Numbered from the stretch's first letter, positions 1 through 12,104 are shown. The stretch: 64,000 bases of DNA from Antedon mediterranea (GCF_964355755.1 NC_092672.1:7068001-7132000); one strand, 5' to 3'. A program made the numbers and translations. The notes: a model not told the origin generated them from the sequence alone.

Positions 1-2688
1 ACATGCATAGTTAATTGAAGGTAGTGCTATAGTTTTCCACAAGATATTACCAAAATAAATCCTATTAAAATCTTCTTGCTCATTAAAAATGGACTTGATA
101 TATCCAATTAATCTATTTCCTTTTCTAACTACATCATTAACATGTATACTTTCGGAGAAGTTTCTTGAAATATTCACTCCCAAGTATTTGTAACAATCTA
201 CTTCTTTGATGAAGTGGTTTACAAGAGGCCATTGTTTAGTTTTATTAGTACGTTTACCAACAACCACAACATTTGATTTGTCATAATTAAAGTTAAGTTT
301 CCATTTTTTGGAGAAAATTCCAGCGATAGATAACATTTTCTCCAGATCATTTTCATCTTTAGCAATCAAGACAACGTCGTCAGCCCAAAAAAGACAGCTA
401 ATTTTTGTGCCTAAAGTATGACATCCGACATTTTCATTATATAACATTTTGGAGAGTTCATTTATAAAAATACAGAATAAGGTCGGTGATAATACGCAGC
501 CTTGCTTAACCCCTTCATCGACATCAAAATAATCAGTTACAATATCACCAAACTTAACATTACATTTGACGTTTGTATAAAGTTTATCAATAATTTTCCA
601 GACTTTACCACGGATACCAGTATTCCATGCTATTGACAAAAGGCCATTACGCCAAACCGTGTCAAAAGCCTTACGGAAATCCAGGAAGGCTAAGTATGTT
701 AACTTATTTTCCGCATTTCGCGTAGCCAATATGCTTTTAAGTGTAAATATGTGGTCCTCACATCTATGATTTTTCCTAAAGCCTCCCTGGATTTCCGTAA
801 GAATACTATTACTCTCAAGAAATTCTGAGATACGATCACAAATAATACGATTGAAAATTTTAGCAACACATGATGATAATGTGATACCTCTATAGTTATT
901 TAAATCGTTCTTGCTACCTTTTTTATGGATAGGTATAATGATCCCTTTATTCCACTCGGTGGGAATTTTCTCTGATTTAACAAAATAGTTAAAAAGATAT
1001 GTAAGTGACCTAATAAGGCAGTCACCTCCGTTCTTTAACAATTCGTTAGTGATGCCATCAACACCAGGTGCTTTATTGTTTTTAGAACGAAGTATTGAAC
1101 TTTTAACATCTTCAAATGAAATTCTTATATCATCCAGTACTTTTTGTGGATCATCATTAACATAATTTATATAATTTTCCCTAATATCAGAAACATGACT
1201 ATTGATAACTATATCATTATAAGTATTGACACCAGTTTGATTACCCAAGTTACTCCAATAAATTTTAATCAAGTTAGCCATAACCTGTTTGTCTGAGGTA
1301 ACTTGTGTAGAGTCGGGAATTTTTAGGTTAGAAGGAACAATTACCTTCTTAGGCCCCCTTAATTCGTTCCAAAAGTCTTTAGAACTCTGACCACCTGCTT
1401 TCGCTATGGCAACACTTTTGTCAACTTTCAATTGCATCATTTTATTTTTTATTACATTTTTCGCTTGAGTTTTTTTCATTTTATAATCCTTCCATAAAGC
1501 ATCCCCCTTATCAAGATCTGCCCTATTATGTTTAGACCATGCACGATGCTCCTTACAAGCACGTTTACGTTCTTGAATGGCAGTGTCTATTGTCTTATCC
1601 CACCATTGTTTACTTTTGCTTTTAACATCCTTAAAGCCAATTGTATTATTAGTAACTGAAATAAGAGTATCTTTCCATTTTTCCCAACCATAATTTATAT
1701 CACTAATATCCTCAAGGTTATTATTAAACCAAATGTTGTCAAATTTATCAATAATTGAATTTTTGTAAGCAGACCAGTCTTGATCGCTTTTAATATTCCA
1801 AACTTGTCGTTTATTATCATTCGAATTTTTTACATTAGTATTATATTCAAATTTAAGATAGGCTAGTAGCACATTATGGTCACTACCCATGTGGTAGTTT
1901 CTTTCCTCATCGATGACCATTTTATGTATAAATTTATCGACACTACACGAGGAAAGCACATAATCAATGCAGCTTGAGTGTGGGTGTCTAAACCAAGTTA
2001 TCTTTCCAAAACATTTTTGTGAGCAGTTTAGAATATTTAGCCCTGTGTCAATACTAAAATTTATCAAACGCTCCCCATTAGAATTAATTATGGGATCACC
2101 ATTACTTACATTATTACCTATTCTGCCATTAAAATCGCCTACAATTAAGATAAGTGGGTCACAATTTTCAACTTCATTTTCAATTTGAATTATTTCAGAG
2201 AGTAGTTGGTTATATAGTTCATCAGCAAGGTCAGGATTAGACCCCTCTACTGGAAAATATACCACAGCAATATTAAGCAATTTATCACAAATTTTAACAA
2301 AAATCCAACATCTCTCAATGTCATCACAAAACGAATCATAAAGATTATCATCTAAAACAGTTACTTTATCTGAGACAAGTAGGCCAATACCTCCTCCCCC
2401 TTTTCCTACTCTATTTTTACCATACCATTTAAAACCATTTATCCTTATAGACTCATTTGATTTAAGAAAAGTTTCGGCAATACCAAATATGTCAATTTTA
2501 CAATTAATTAAAAAATTCTTAATTTCATATAATTTGTTTTTGATTCTGTTAACATTATTGAATGCAATACTTATGCCAATGTTAGAGTTAGTATTAGTGT
2601 TAATATTTTTACGGTTACCACGCCTAATCCGTTTTTGTTTAGCATTAGTATGCCACCTGTTGTTGTCTTTGATATTGCCGGCATAATC
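1..2688 (-). CDS. LINE-A ORF2: apurinic endonuclease plus reverse transcriptase (partial, runs off the window)
   Basis: Manual translation in one frame gives ISIAFNNVNRIK..DIFGIAETF, GGGGIGLLV, IVGDFNG, IDYVL, GSDHN (EN) and AFLDFRKAFD, GVKQGCVLSP, FWADDV (RT). The ORF track lists no terminated ORF in this frame, consistent with it being open to position 1. First Met is only at 1920. Confidence 0.92.
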
Positions 2689-4131
2689 CTATGTCCGTAC
2701 TTGACGCTGAATGCTCATCTGGCGGCATAAATAAGGTCGTCGTCCAGGTATGAAGGATTTATGACCAAATTCATGACAGGTATGACATTGTACTGGTTCA
2801 GAGTGTCTACATTCATCAGTTATATGGTTCGAAAGTCCACAAAAATCACAGCCATGTTCAATGGGCCTGGCGAAATTACCAGTATGATATGTATTCCAAC
2901 TGTCCCTGGAATCCTCAACATTGTATTGCTGTTGTCTGAATTGCTGATTATAGTAGCTATTAACTTCCTCATTATAATGCTGCTTGTATGGATATTGAGA
3001 GCCATAATCTTCACTGTATTGCTGGTTTGGGCGAGATCGCCGATGATGTTTAATCCGCCGTTGTCTCTTAGTTTTTGAAGGAAAGCGAGTCTCTTTACCT
3101 GAACGATGCTCAGTAGGGTTGTCACTAGAATTATACAAGTCTTGGCGTGGTTTGAGTATGGTGTGTGCTTTATTAATGTTACTTAGCAATCTACTTGTAC
3201 CTACTTTGGTAAGGTGAAGACCTCTTTTGTCTAGAGTAGACCTGTCAGCATCATTATTCTTTAGTTTGAAGGTTTCATCGTTATCGATTAGTGTGCAAGC
3301 ATGTTGATTCGCAATATGTTTAAGCCCAGTATTAAACTTGTCAACTCTTTCTTGATGCGCGTTGTCATCAGTACGAGGGCATACTGTTGAGAGCACTTTA
3401 GTTACAGAGGGTGCGGCTACATTTAGTTTAGTAATGAGATCGTCATATTCAGTTAATCCTAATACAACATTGTCGTCTTCAGTGCAGTCATTTGTTCCAA
3501 CATGTATAATAATAGATGAGAGGTTCTCTACAGCGACAGATTCCAACTGATTACGAATACCCTTAACTTTGCCACCACGTATACACATAATATTTATAGT
3601 GTTGTCTAAACCTTGTTCACGAACGTCACGAATCATCGAGTCTCCAATTAATAAGTGTTGGATAACTGGTTGAGACATAGGCTCTGCATTATTGCCCTTG
3701 GCTTCCATTGTGGGGTATTGTACTTGTTGGTCATCAACATGTTTAGCCTCCATTACTTTGATGACATCTTGTAGGGAATTTACTTTGACCAGAATATTTC
3801 TAATTTGATCTTCTTGCACTTCAACTATCTTAGTAAGGTTCTTGACTAAAGATGGCAGAGATTTACATGTTTTACATATCCAAGCAGATGGCTTCTTTGA
3901 TTTAATTCCAACGCATTCCCTGTGAAACATCTCCTTACATAGTGTGCAATCGATCATTTGATTCACTTCACGATGATCATTAAAACAGCCCTCCACACAT
4001 TCAATAATCGTAGAAGTTACCTTAGTTTTTGAAGTACTGGTAGAATTATCCTGCGATGAGATCCCATTAGATATGGAACCTAGGCCCATATTTGGGTCCA
4101 CTTGGCTTGTTTGAGGTACACAGGAAGCCAT
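2689..4131 (-). CDS. LINE-A ORF1: PHD finger, coiled coil, SGNH/GDSL esterase, CCHC zinc knuckle(s)
   Basis: MIDCTLCKEMFHRECV..WICKTC (PHD); IGDSM, HVGTND, GLHL (SGNH blocks); CDFCGLSNHITDEC. The track's ATG at 4242 lies in host flank, so M38 (4131) is the likelier start. Confidence 0.88.
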   Translation of the reverse strand: MASCVPQTSQVDPNMGLGSISNGISSQDNSTSTSKTKVTSTIIECVEGCFNDHREVNQMIDCTLCKEMFHRECVGIKSKKPSAWICKTCKSLPSLVKNLTKIVEVQEDQIRNILVKVNSLQDVIKVMEAKHVDDQQVQYPTMEAKGNNAEPMSQPVIQHLLIGDSMIRDVREQGLDNTINIMCIRGGKVKGIRNQLESVAVENLSSIIIHVGTNDCTEDDNVVLGLTEYDDLITKLNVAAPSVTKVLSTVCPRTDDNAHQERVDKFNTGLKHIANQHACTLIDNDETFKLKNNDADRSTLDKRGLHLTKVGTSRLLSNINKAHTILKPRQDLYNSSDNPTEHRSGKETRFPSKTKRQRRIKHHRRSRPNQQYSEDYGSQYPYKQHYNEEVNSYYNQQFRQQQYNVEDSRDSWNTYHTGNFARPIEHGCDFCGLSNHITDECRHSEPVQCHTCHEFGHKSFIPGRRPYLCRQMSIQRQVRT

Positions 4132-4628
4132 TCTTTGTGCATACAATGCTGATACAATAGGCAAACAATGGCCTAGGGAGCTGAGATAAACAACGTCCAC
4201 TCTGTTTGGTGATCTAATACACAAGTCTGAATGGTTATTCATTCATTCACTATTATTGCCATAAATAAACGACAAGAAAAAAAACCAGATAACACCAACT
4301 TATAAAATGGCGATATGAGGTTATTGGGTTGATAAAACTGATTCTGTGTCTTTATTATAGGCCTATGGTAATTTATTTTGGTTTGTTGTAATTTATCAAA
4401 ATCTCTTCTTAATTCGGTTCCTAACCGATTAACAACCAATAATGCTTGTAATAATTATTAATCAGAAATTGATTACTGTGTACATGCATACGTTCAAAAT
4501 TAAGGAAATTAACACTTCACTGCATTATATCACAACTTATGAAATAATGTTTACAATAGCATTTTTGTTTGCGGTGTGTCAAGACCGGAATTCAGGTTTT
4601 ATTTTCTGTGTGTGCTGAGAATTGAATT

Positions 4629-4718
4629 TTTCTCATTTATTATCTATTATTTTTAGAAAATGTTAACTGTTTTTTTGTGTTTTTATTTGAGAAATAAAAA
4701 TTATTGATTGATTGATTG
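4629..4718 (+). mobile_element. Severely 5'-truncated retroposon tail with TSD
   Basis: Absent from the paralogous site (~43740). Ends AATAAA..(ATTG)n and is flanked by direct repeats attgaatt (4621-4628 and 4719-4726). Confidence 0.7.
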
Positions 4719-4941
4719 ATTGAATTCAGAGGGAGTAATGTCATTTGATAAGCTTAACTGACTATCGCAAGTCATCTAGTCACTAGTATGGTGTATTACG
4801 TAATTTTAATACATGTTATATGTTTGATGGACGGCCATTGTCTTATAATATCCAAGCGCAAAATTCATATTATTCTAAAATAAACTTATTCTGAATAGCT
4901 ACATATTACGATAAAGTTACTTGTTTCTCCACAGAAGTGTA

Positions 4942-5011
4942 ATGGCAGCTTACCGTCACGCTATAAAGTTGATTATGCTGTTTACAACTATAACGTCAAG
5001 TGCTAGCAATG
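4942..5011 (+). CDS. Signal-peptide exon of GPCR copy 1 ([23 protein letters not shown])
   Basis: Acceptor ttgtttctccacag upstream; phase-1 donor G|gttcgt joins in frame to ag|AT at 17092. Conserved at 43991-44060. Confidence 0.75.
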
Positions 5012-5216
5012 GTTCGTGTATTATTTCTATACCTTTTTCAAAAGAGATCCTATACATCATCATCATCATCAAGTAGCATAATTGTGAAACCTTGATGGAT
5101 TATTTGTAATATACCCTGCTTACTACATTCATTCTTTCTTGGAGATCCAAGAAACATTTATTATATATGGCCTTTGGCCCAAATAATATACAATGTAATA
5201 CAATATTAAATAAATA

Positions 5217-8200
5217 TCAGTTGAGTGCGTTTAAAAATTCTGTTCTACGTTTAAATGAAAAAATTAAATATTTTCCAAGTTTAACAATAAGATCAGTATT
5301 TGTGCCAGACATAAGATAAATATATTTTAATTTAGTTGGGTTGTTTGTATAAAAGGAAAACATATATTTAGTTCTAATATCTGAATAAAATGGACAAACT
5401 AAAGTGAAATGATATTCATCTTCAATTGATTGTAAAGCACATAATTTGCATAATCTTTCATTTCTATTTATACAATTCCATCTTCCTTTTTCAATTACTA
5501 ATTCTAAAATTCCTAGTCGTATCTTAGTCATAATTTGTCTATGTTTGTAATTTGTTACTTTTGTTAGATATTCTTCAATTCCAAACTTATATTTAATGTG
5601 CTTGTAATATTGGAGCTTAGAGTGTAGCCTAGTATCTTCGTAGAATTTCTGTCGTTCAATGTCTGTAAGCCTTTGTTTAAAATTTGAAATAAAAGTATAT
5701 ATATTATTAACCTGTTGTGAGTACCATATGTTACCAAATCCATTTATGCATAGTATTTGTTTTACGTCATTGGCCCAACATTGCTCATTTCTTTGAGCTT
5801 TTCTATATTGAAAATCATAACATTGTTTAATAAATTTGTCATTATCCATTTGGATTACTCTTAGCCAATAACGAATTATATTAATGATAATTTGAATTTG
5901 GATAGTGAATCTTCCACATTCTCCTCTCACTGCAACACTTGGTGCAGAATTACCTATTCCTAGAATGTATTTACAGAATCTTAGATGAACTTTCTCTAAT
6001 ACTGATATATCATTTAAACCCCATATTTCGCTACCATAAAGTAAGATTGGCATAATCTTAACATCAAATATATGGTTCCATATATTAACTTAGAGGTTAC
6101 CAAAACGCCTATGGGTCAATCCTTTTAATGTGAACAAAGCCTTATTAGCTTGTTGACAATTGTATTCTTTGGCTTTATTCCAATTACCATTTGAGTTGAA
6201 AACAACTCCTAAATATTTAAAGGATTTGACAATGTCAACTGTATTTCCATTGTAATTCCATTTTTCAAATTTGTTAAGATTACCACCATTCTTAAACACC
6301 ATAATATTACTCTTGTTAACATTGACAGTTACATCCCATCTTGTACAATAGGTAGATAACTTGTTTAAATAATATTGTAGACCATAAACGGTATCACCAA
6401 ATAACATAAGGTCATCTGCATAGAGTAAATGATTAATTTTTAGATTTCCTATTTGGATTCTATGCTCGTCGCCTTCCTCATTTAATGTTTCACTCAAATC
6501 ATTAATAAAAACATTAAATAAAAAGGACGAGAGTGGCGAACCCTGTTGTATACCTATTAGACATTTGAAAGAATTACTAATATTGCCGTCGACCTTAACA
6601 TGTGCTGATAACTTATTGTACATTGAATTAATAACGTTTAACATTTTTCCTTTTACTCCTCAATTTTTTAGTTTTATGTGAAGATATTGATGTCCTACGG
6701 AGTCAAAGGCTCGTTTAAAATCAATGAAAGCAACATATACTTTCCCACGTTTTTTTCCTAGGTATTTATTAATGATTGTGTTAAGAATAAATACATTATC
6801 CGATGTTCTGAACCCCTTTCTAAAACCGGCTTGTTCCTGATGTAGAATGTTATTATCTTCTGCCCAAAATTGTAATCTTTTATTAATAATATGTAAGAAA
6901 ATTTTAGCAAAAACAGGAATAAGTGATATTCCTCTATAATTCTCTGGTTGTTCTTTGTCACCTTTTTTAAATATTGGGACAATAAGGCTGGTTGCCCATT
7001 GCTGTGGAAACTGTCCTGTATTATAAATTATATTATATGATTTTGTTATTAGATTGATTACATTTTGAGATGAGTGTATAAAAAGTTCTGGTAATAATCC
7101 ATCGATTCCAGGTGATTTACCTGTTTTTTGGGATTTAATGGCATGAATTACCTCATCTACTGTAATGTCATTATTTAGGTTAGGTTCGTTTTCATTTACA
7201 GCAGGTTCATCATTAATGATACTTTCTACATTTTGATTATCTCTATTTTCATTATTATGAAATAAGGATTCGAAGTGAGTGCGCCATGTATTAATACATA
7301 TGTTACTTGGAAAATTTGGTTTTGTTTGTTTTAGTTTAATCCAGAATGATTTGGAGTTTTTTTCTCCTAATGATCTAATCAATTCTGTACGTGATCTTTT
7401 AATATAGCTGTATTTCTTATTTTTTATTAATGTTTTATATTCTTTTTTTATTTCCAGGTATGCATTAAGCAATGTTTGTGTACGATTGTGTCGGAATCTA
7501 TTTAAACTTCTTCGAACTTTGTTTTTAAGTGCAAGACATTGATTGTCATACCATGTGTCTTTAGCTTTAGTTGTTTTATTGTTGGATTTCCTATGGATAA
7601 TTCCTTTACATGCATATTCATACAATCTACCTACAGTTGAAACAGCTTCATCAATTAGGTTATCATTAATCAAGTTAGTTATTTCATTTTTAAGTTCATC
7701 GATTTTATTATGCTGTAATCTTAATTTAAATGTTTCAGTATATGTTTCTGACCAATTCAGTGGGACAGCCAGTCGACAAATCGTGTCAAATTTCGACTCG
7801 GAGAGGGCGCCCTACTTTTCTAATTTAGTTCAAAATTGCTAAATTTTAGGGTGTTGGAAAAACACAATATTTGTAAATTTAGCTGATTATCGGAAAAATA
7901 TTGTATGTGAAATAAATTCATAAATGGTTTTAATATATTGTCATGTAAAATTAAATGTATTTGAACAAAACGATAATCTGTAATTTAACGGCAAAATCAA
8001 CCAATGTCTTTTTTTCGAAATTGTACCCTAGAAAATCATTAAAATAAAATATTTAGAAAAATTGAACAGTCCTGAATTTAAAATCCCTGTTAGAAAAATT
8101 AATAATCTACAGAATACGATATTAAGATACAAAATTCGGTGGTTGGGATGCAGCTCCGACTATTCAAACTAAAGGTACCACTATTTGTTCCATCGAAAAC

Positions 8201-11117
8201 TAGCGAAACCGCCATTTTGTAAACACATCGTCATCGTGTTTATGAATTTATTTATATCGAACGATATACGCGATGTTTATAATTGTCCGCGTATAAGAAT
8301 TCATATAAATAAATACATTCCAATACAACGTATATTATTACTTGTTTATTTATCACAGTATACATTTTAGTTGAGGAATATTTATCATAACTATTATAAT
8401 AGCTTTTATACGAGTCCGAGGCCTAGCCCTATTAGCGACCGATTGTTCCAGGGGCGGAAAGTCACTTAGTGACGTTGTGATCGGGCGCGTCGGGCCTAGC
8501 TAATATTAATAATATGACCTGAAATAAGCGGCTAACAAGAACTGTTATATACTTGCTTACAATTGTTTTGTTATTGATGAACAAACAAGCAATTAGATTG
8601 AATAACAAATTATTTATTCATTTTTTTGGGGTAAAAACATGTACAAACTAGTACTGTATAATAGAAATTATAATAATAGTAATTTTAAACTAATACAGTA
8701 TTAATAAAATATAAAATAGGCCTAAAATACAATAAATATTCAATTTTTAAGGTCTACCACATGACAATAACATAATTTACAGAGTATAGTGTAGTAGGTT
8801 TGCATTCAACATAAATATTTGTATGTATTGTAATTCATCTAAATCCTCTGCAACATACATATATATTTGTAATTCAACATGTTGTTTTAAATAATTAAAT
8901 TATAGTTTGGGTATGACAATGTCGATAGGTACCGGTGTCATCTTTTTATCCACTTCACTCTCAGTTTGAAGTCACAAAGACAAAGAACTCTGCATCATCA
9001 ACGATTTGAGTCCTGAAAGTGTCAGAAAAAATAATAAACATTATTTTAAAAAAACGTTAATGTCTGGTTGTATATATAATTATAATATAATATTATATGA
9101 TGACATAAAAGTAAGGCAAATGGAAGCTGTATTTTATTAATTAAATTACAGTATTTACTATTATTATTTATATAATCTAGGCCTACTACTAGTACTAGTA
9201 GCCTGCTAGGCATCTATTGAGCCTAATAAATCAAATAATAAATGAAAAATAAAATAATAATATTAATACTGATTGAAAAAAAGTTTTTTTTTTTGCGGGG
9301 ATCAGATCACCAGGCTAGGCCGGCCAGGACCAATGATACTCGTAATCAGTACAACTTAACGACTATCGGATCAGCATCAACACAGTACAACACACGTCTC
9401 GCTATCGCCTATATACTGACACACGTGTCTCGCGTTGCCGAAACCACGCTCACAGCTAGAAAATGTACCTACCTTTCGAGGCCTGAGAATACACCAACAA
9501 ATTTTGAACAGGATAGAAATATATCATACTCGATTAAACTAATATTATTCTTGATAAAACAATTGATTATAATTGTTTTAATTTGTTGGGATGCACCTCC
9601 GACTATTCAGAAAATGGACAACAAAACAGTAGTCAAATCGTACCACATTTATAAATTTCACGAGTCCCGACTTCAGTCGCCGAATGTATTGTATTAGCTT
9701 CGGTTTCTTTGAAGGAAACCGATTGGTTATTCAATAATACTTATTAGGAAATGCTTTAACCATAATAGGTAATGTTGGGCGGGTCTTAAATATTTATGAG
9801 AGCTTAAAATAAAACAGCACTTATTTGCTAGGCGACGAAAAATCGTGGTTTCAGTTTTCAACGATAGGTGGCGCTTCAAAATCGTCAATGCGGAAGTAAG
9901 TCGATTTTACACGATTTAACGGTCAAAACGCGAAGTGGCTTTCCCACTGAATTGAATTTAGTTTGTTTGGGACAATTTTCAATATTTAATTTTTTTATTT
10001 TTATATTATCTTTAGTTAGTAGGCCTAATTGAAACGTAATTGGCATATGATCAGATTCTATTCTATTTTCTACTTTCAAATCTGCTATGTACCTGAAGTT
10101 ATCAGCTTTTGTCAATATATAATCGACTACGCTTTTGCCTTGTTGTCCTATGAAAGTGTAGCTTTTACTATACATTGGGTTAATTCTGCCATTAGCAATT
10201 CTTACATTTGTTTCTTTACAAACATTGAGAAGATCTATGCCATAAGTATTCGTGACGTCATCTTCATTAATTCTAATTGTTACATTATCTTCATCATCTT
10301 CAATATATAATTCGTTATCCCAATCTATTGGGCATACATCGTTGTTGACATAATCCAATAAATCTCCTGTTTTACCATTGAAGTCTCCAACAATGAATAT
10401 TTGATTTTTATTATTATATTTATATAAATATTCAGCGTATTCGTTTGTAAGTATTTCATATAAATTGTTATTATTAGCATATGGGGAGTTTTGTGGTGGT
10501 CTGTAAACTACAGCCATTATTATAGAATCGTTCTCCGTTTTGATTCGTAACCACATAATATACTTAGATAAGCTAGGTAATTCTTTAACTTTGATATTAG
10601 TTTTATAATATATCATAATTCCACCTGTATTTCTACCACGGTGTTGTAACTTTTCTTGCATTTTACTTATACAATTATATCCCTTAATATAGTAGTCATC
10701 ACTAAAAGTTGTCCAAGTTTCAACCAAACATATTACATCGAAATCACAAATAAATTTTATAAATTCACAATCACTAAAATTACTTTTTAAACCATTTATA
10801 TTCCACACAATAGTCTTTAAAGAGTAGGACGTGTAAATACTTTTACTTATATTTTTATTTGTAACATTGGTATATATATTGTTATTATTGACGTTGTTAT
10901 TCCTATTATTAACGTCGGCGTTTATGTTATCGTTATCTATACCATTAGTTTGACCATTATTAGTTGTATTGTCAATATTTTCTTTTTCATGATTTTCGTT
11001 ATTATTCTCACCTTTATTATTATTATTATTGTCATTTACGTCATTATCAACAATTGTACCAATAATATTATTACATTTGTTGTTTATTTGATATGTGTTT
11101 GGGCCATGGCCGGACCC
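5217..11117 (-). pseudogene. LINE-B ORF2: endonuclease, RT and C-terminal Cys/His motif, disrupted
   Basis: VWNINGL, CLVETW, GDFNG, SDH (EN); FIDFKRAFD, QQGSPLS, YADD (RT); CKLC..EDEYHF..C. All pieces share one frame once the 7758-9949 insert is removed (KTKFN-like junction reads QTKFN|WSET). In-frame stops TGA at 6660 and TAA at 6090. Confidence 0.9.
7758..9949. mobile_element. Non-autonomous TIR DNA transposon with 4-bp AATT TSD (Sola1-like)
   Basis: Termini CAGTGGGACAGCCA and TGGCTTTCCCACTG; AATT at 7754-7757 and 9950-9953; removal restores the LINE-B ORF2 frame. No transposase seen; superfamily inferred from the AWWT TSD. Confidence 0.8.
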
Positions 11118-12104
11118 CTATCTAGGTTTATATCTACTATACTTAACTACTTTATCATTATCTATATCATATGTAAAAGTTTCGTCATCAATAATGAGTT
11201 TATCGTATCTTATTTTGAACGGTTTTCCGCTTTTAATAGCTTCATCTATTTTTGGTTGTAAATTTTTTCTGATCTTACGAACTCTTGCTGTGTAATCTTC
11301 GCTGATAGTAATTTGTTTCCTTCTTTCACCCCGGTCTTCATTTTTGTTCATTTTTCGACGTTGTGTTCTACTTGCTTTTAGAACATTTTCTTTAGTTTTG
11401 TAATCTTTGAATTTCACAATGATCGGTCTCGGTTTAAATCTTGCGTTGAGCCTATGTGCCCTCTCAATCTCAATATTCTCCCCACCAATACCGAGATCAT
11501 TTGTAAAGTGTTCTTTTACTTTCTTCTCACTCTGATCCCAATTCTCATGTTCGCTATCTACCACTCCATATACTATTAAGTTGTTACGTCTGCTTTGACC
11601 TTCAATTTTGTCTATATGTTTGATTAATTGTAAGTTCATTGTTTTAAGTTGTTGATTTTCTTCTTCTATTATTGTCATTCTTTCGTTTAGTGAGTCCATG
11701 TTGCTATTTAGTGTATCAATTTTTTCTTTTACGCTTTTAACATCTCCTGAAATGTCATCCATTTTCTTATTCAATTTCGTGTTCATTGTTTGTAGTTGTA
11801 TTAATATATTTTGTATTGAAGGTTCATTTCCTCCCGCATTCAGCGCAACTTGTGTTGTTGCGTCTTCCGTTGTGGGTTTACCAGTAAGTTCATCCAATGT
11901 AGCTTGTCTAGTGTAAACTGGACCTGGATTGCTTTCAATATCGCCGGCCAAAAAAAGTAACAAGCATAACGCAGATAGTCGTAGTGTAGGCCTAGTTCTA
12001 ATGACTGCACCTAAAGAACCATGACATTTTATGCGCTTTTGTTTATTTCGTTTTCCTCTCCAATATAGTCCTATTCTTAACCGGTAATTATCAATGTCAA
12101 TCAT
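11118..12104 (-). CDS. LINE-B ORF1: N-terminal 2A-like peptide, coiled coil, RRM and CTD (L1-ORF1/transposase-22-like)
   Basis: LLLFLAGDIESNPGP; heptad-rich helix; SRRNNLIVYGV, IERAHRL, PRPIIVKF, ISEDYT motifs. Confidence 0.9.
   Translation of the reverse strand: MIDIDNYRLRIGLYWRGKRNKQKRIKCHGSLGAVIRTRPTLRLSALCLLLFLAGDIESNPGPVYTRQATLDELTGKPTTEDATTQVALNAGGNEPSIQNILIQLQTMNTKLNKKMDDISGDVKSVKEKIDTLNSNMDSLNERMTIIEEENQQLKTMNLQLIKHIDKIEGQSRRNNLIVYGVVDSEHENWDQSEKKVKEHFTNDLGIGGENIEIERAHRLNARFKPRPIIVKFKDYKTKENVLKASRTQRRKMNKNEDRGERRKQITISEDYTARVRKIRKNLQPKIDEAIKSGKPFKIRYDKLIIDDETFTYDIDNDKVVKYSRYKPR
11919..11963 (-). other. 2A/StopGo ribosomal skipping motif (GDIESNPG|P)
   Basis: Exact D(V/I)ExNPGP consensus preceded by a Leu-rich helix, at residues 55-62 of ORF1. 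Confidence 0.85.

Larger units (their letters stand above)
1..4229 (-). mobile_element. APE-type non-LTR retrotransposon 'LINE-A' (RTEX/CR1-L2-like); 3' end lies outside the window
   Basis: ORF1 followed by an in-frame EN-RT ORF2 on the minus strand. Sequence from ~4230 (aatggttattcattcattcac) matches the unoccupied paralogous site at ~43346, which fixes the 5' boundary. Clade assignment is inference. Confidence 0.9.

Noticed and set aside
4132-4439. ORF1 start at 4242 and the overlapping ORF 4239-4439 as translational coupling
   Set aside because: Sequence from 4230 upward is host flank shared with ~43346, so the overlap is fortuitous.
6090-6662. In-frame TGA (6660) and TAA (6090) as recoding or selenocysteine sites
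   Set aside because: They lie within or just after RT in a copy also broken by a transposon; ordinary nonsense mutations are the simplest explanation.
9242-9697. 151-aa ORF inside the TIR element as a transposase or cargo gene
   Set aside because: No recognisable motif and low-complexity ends.
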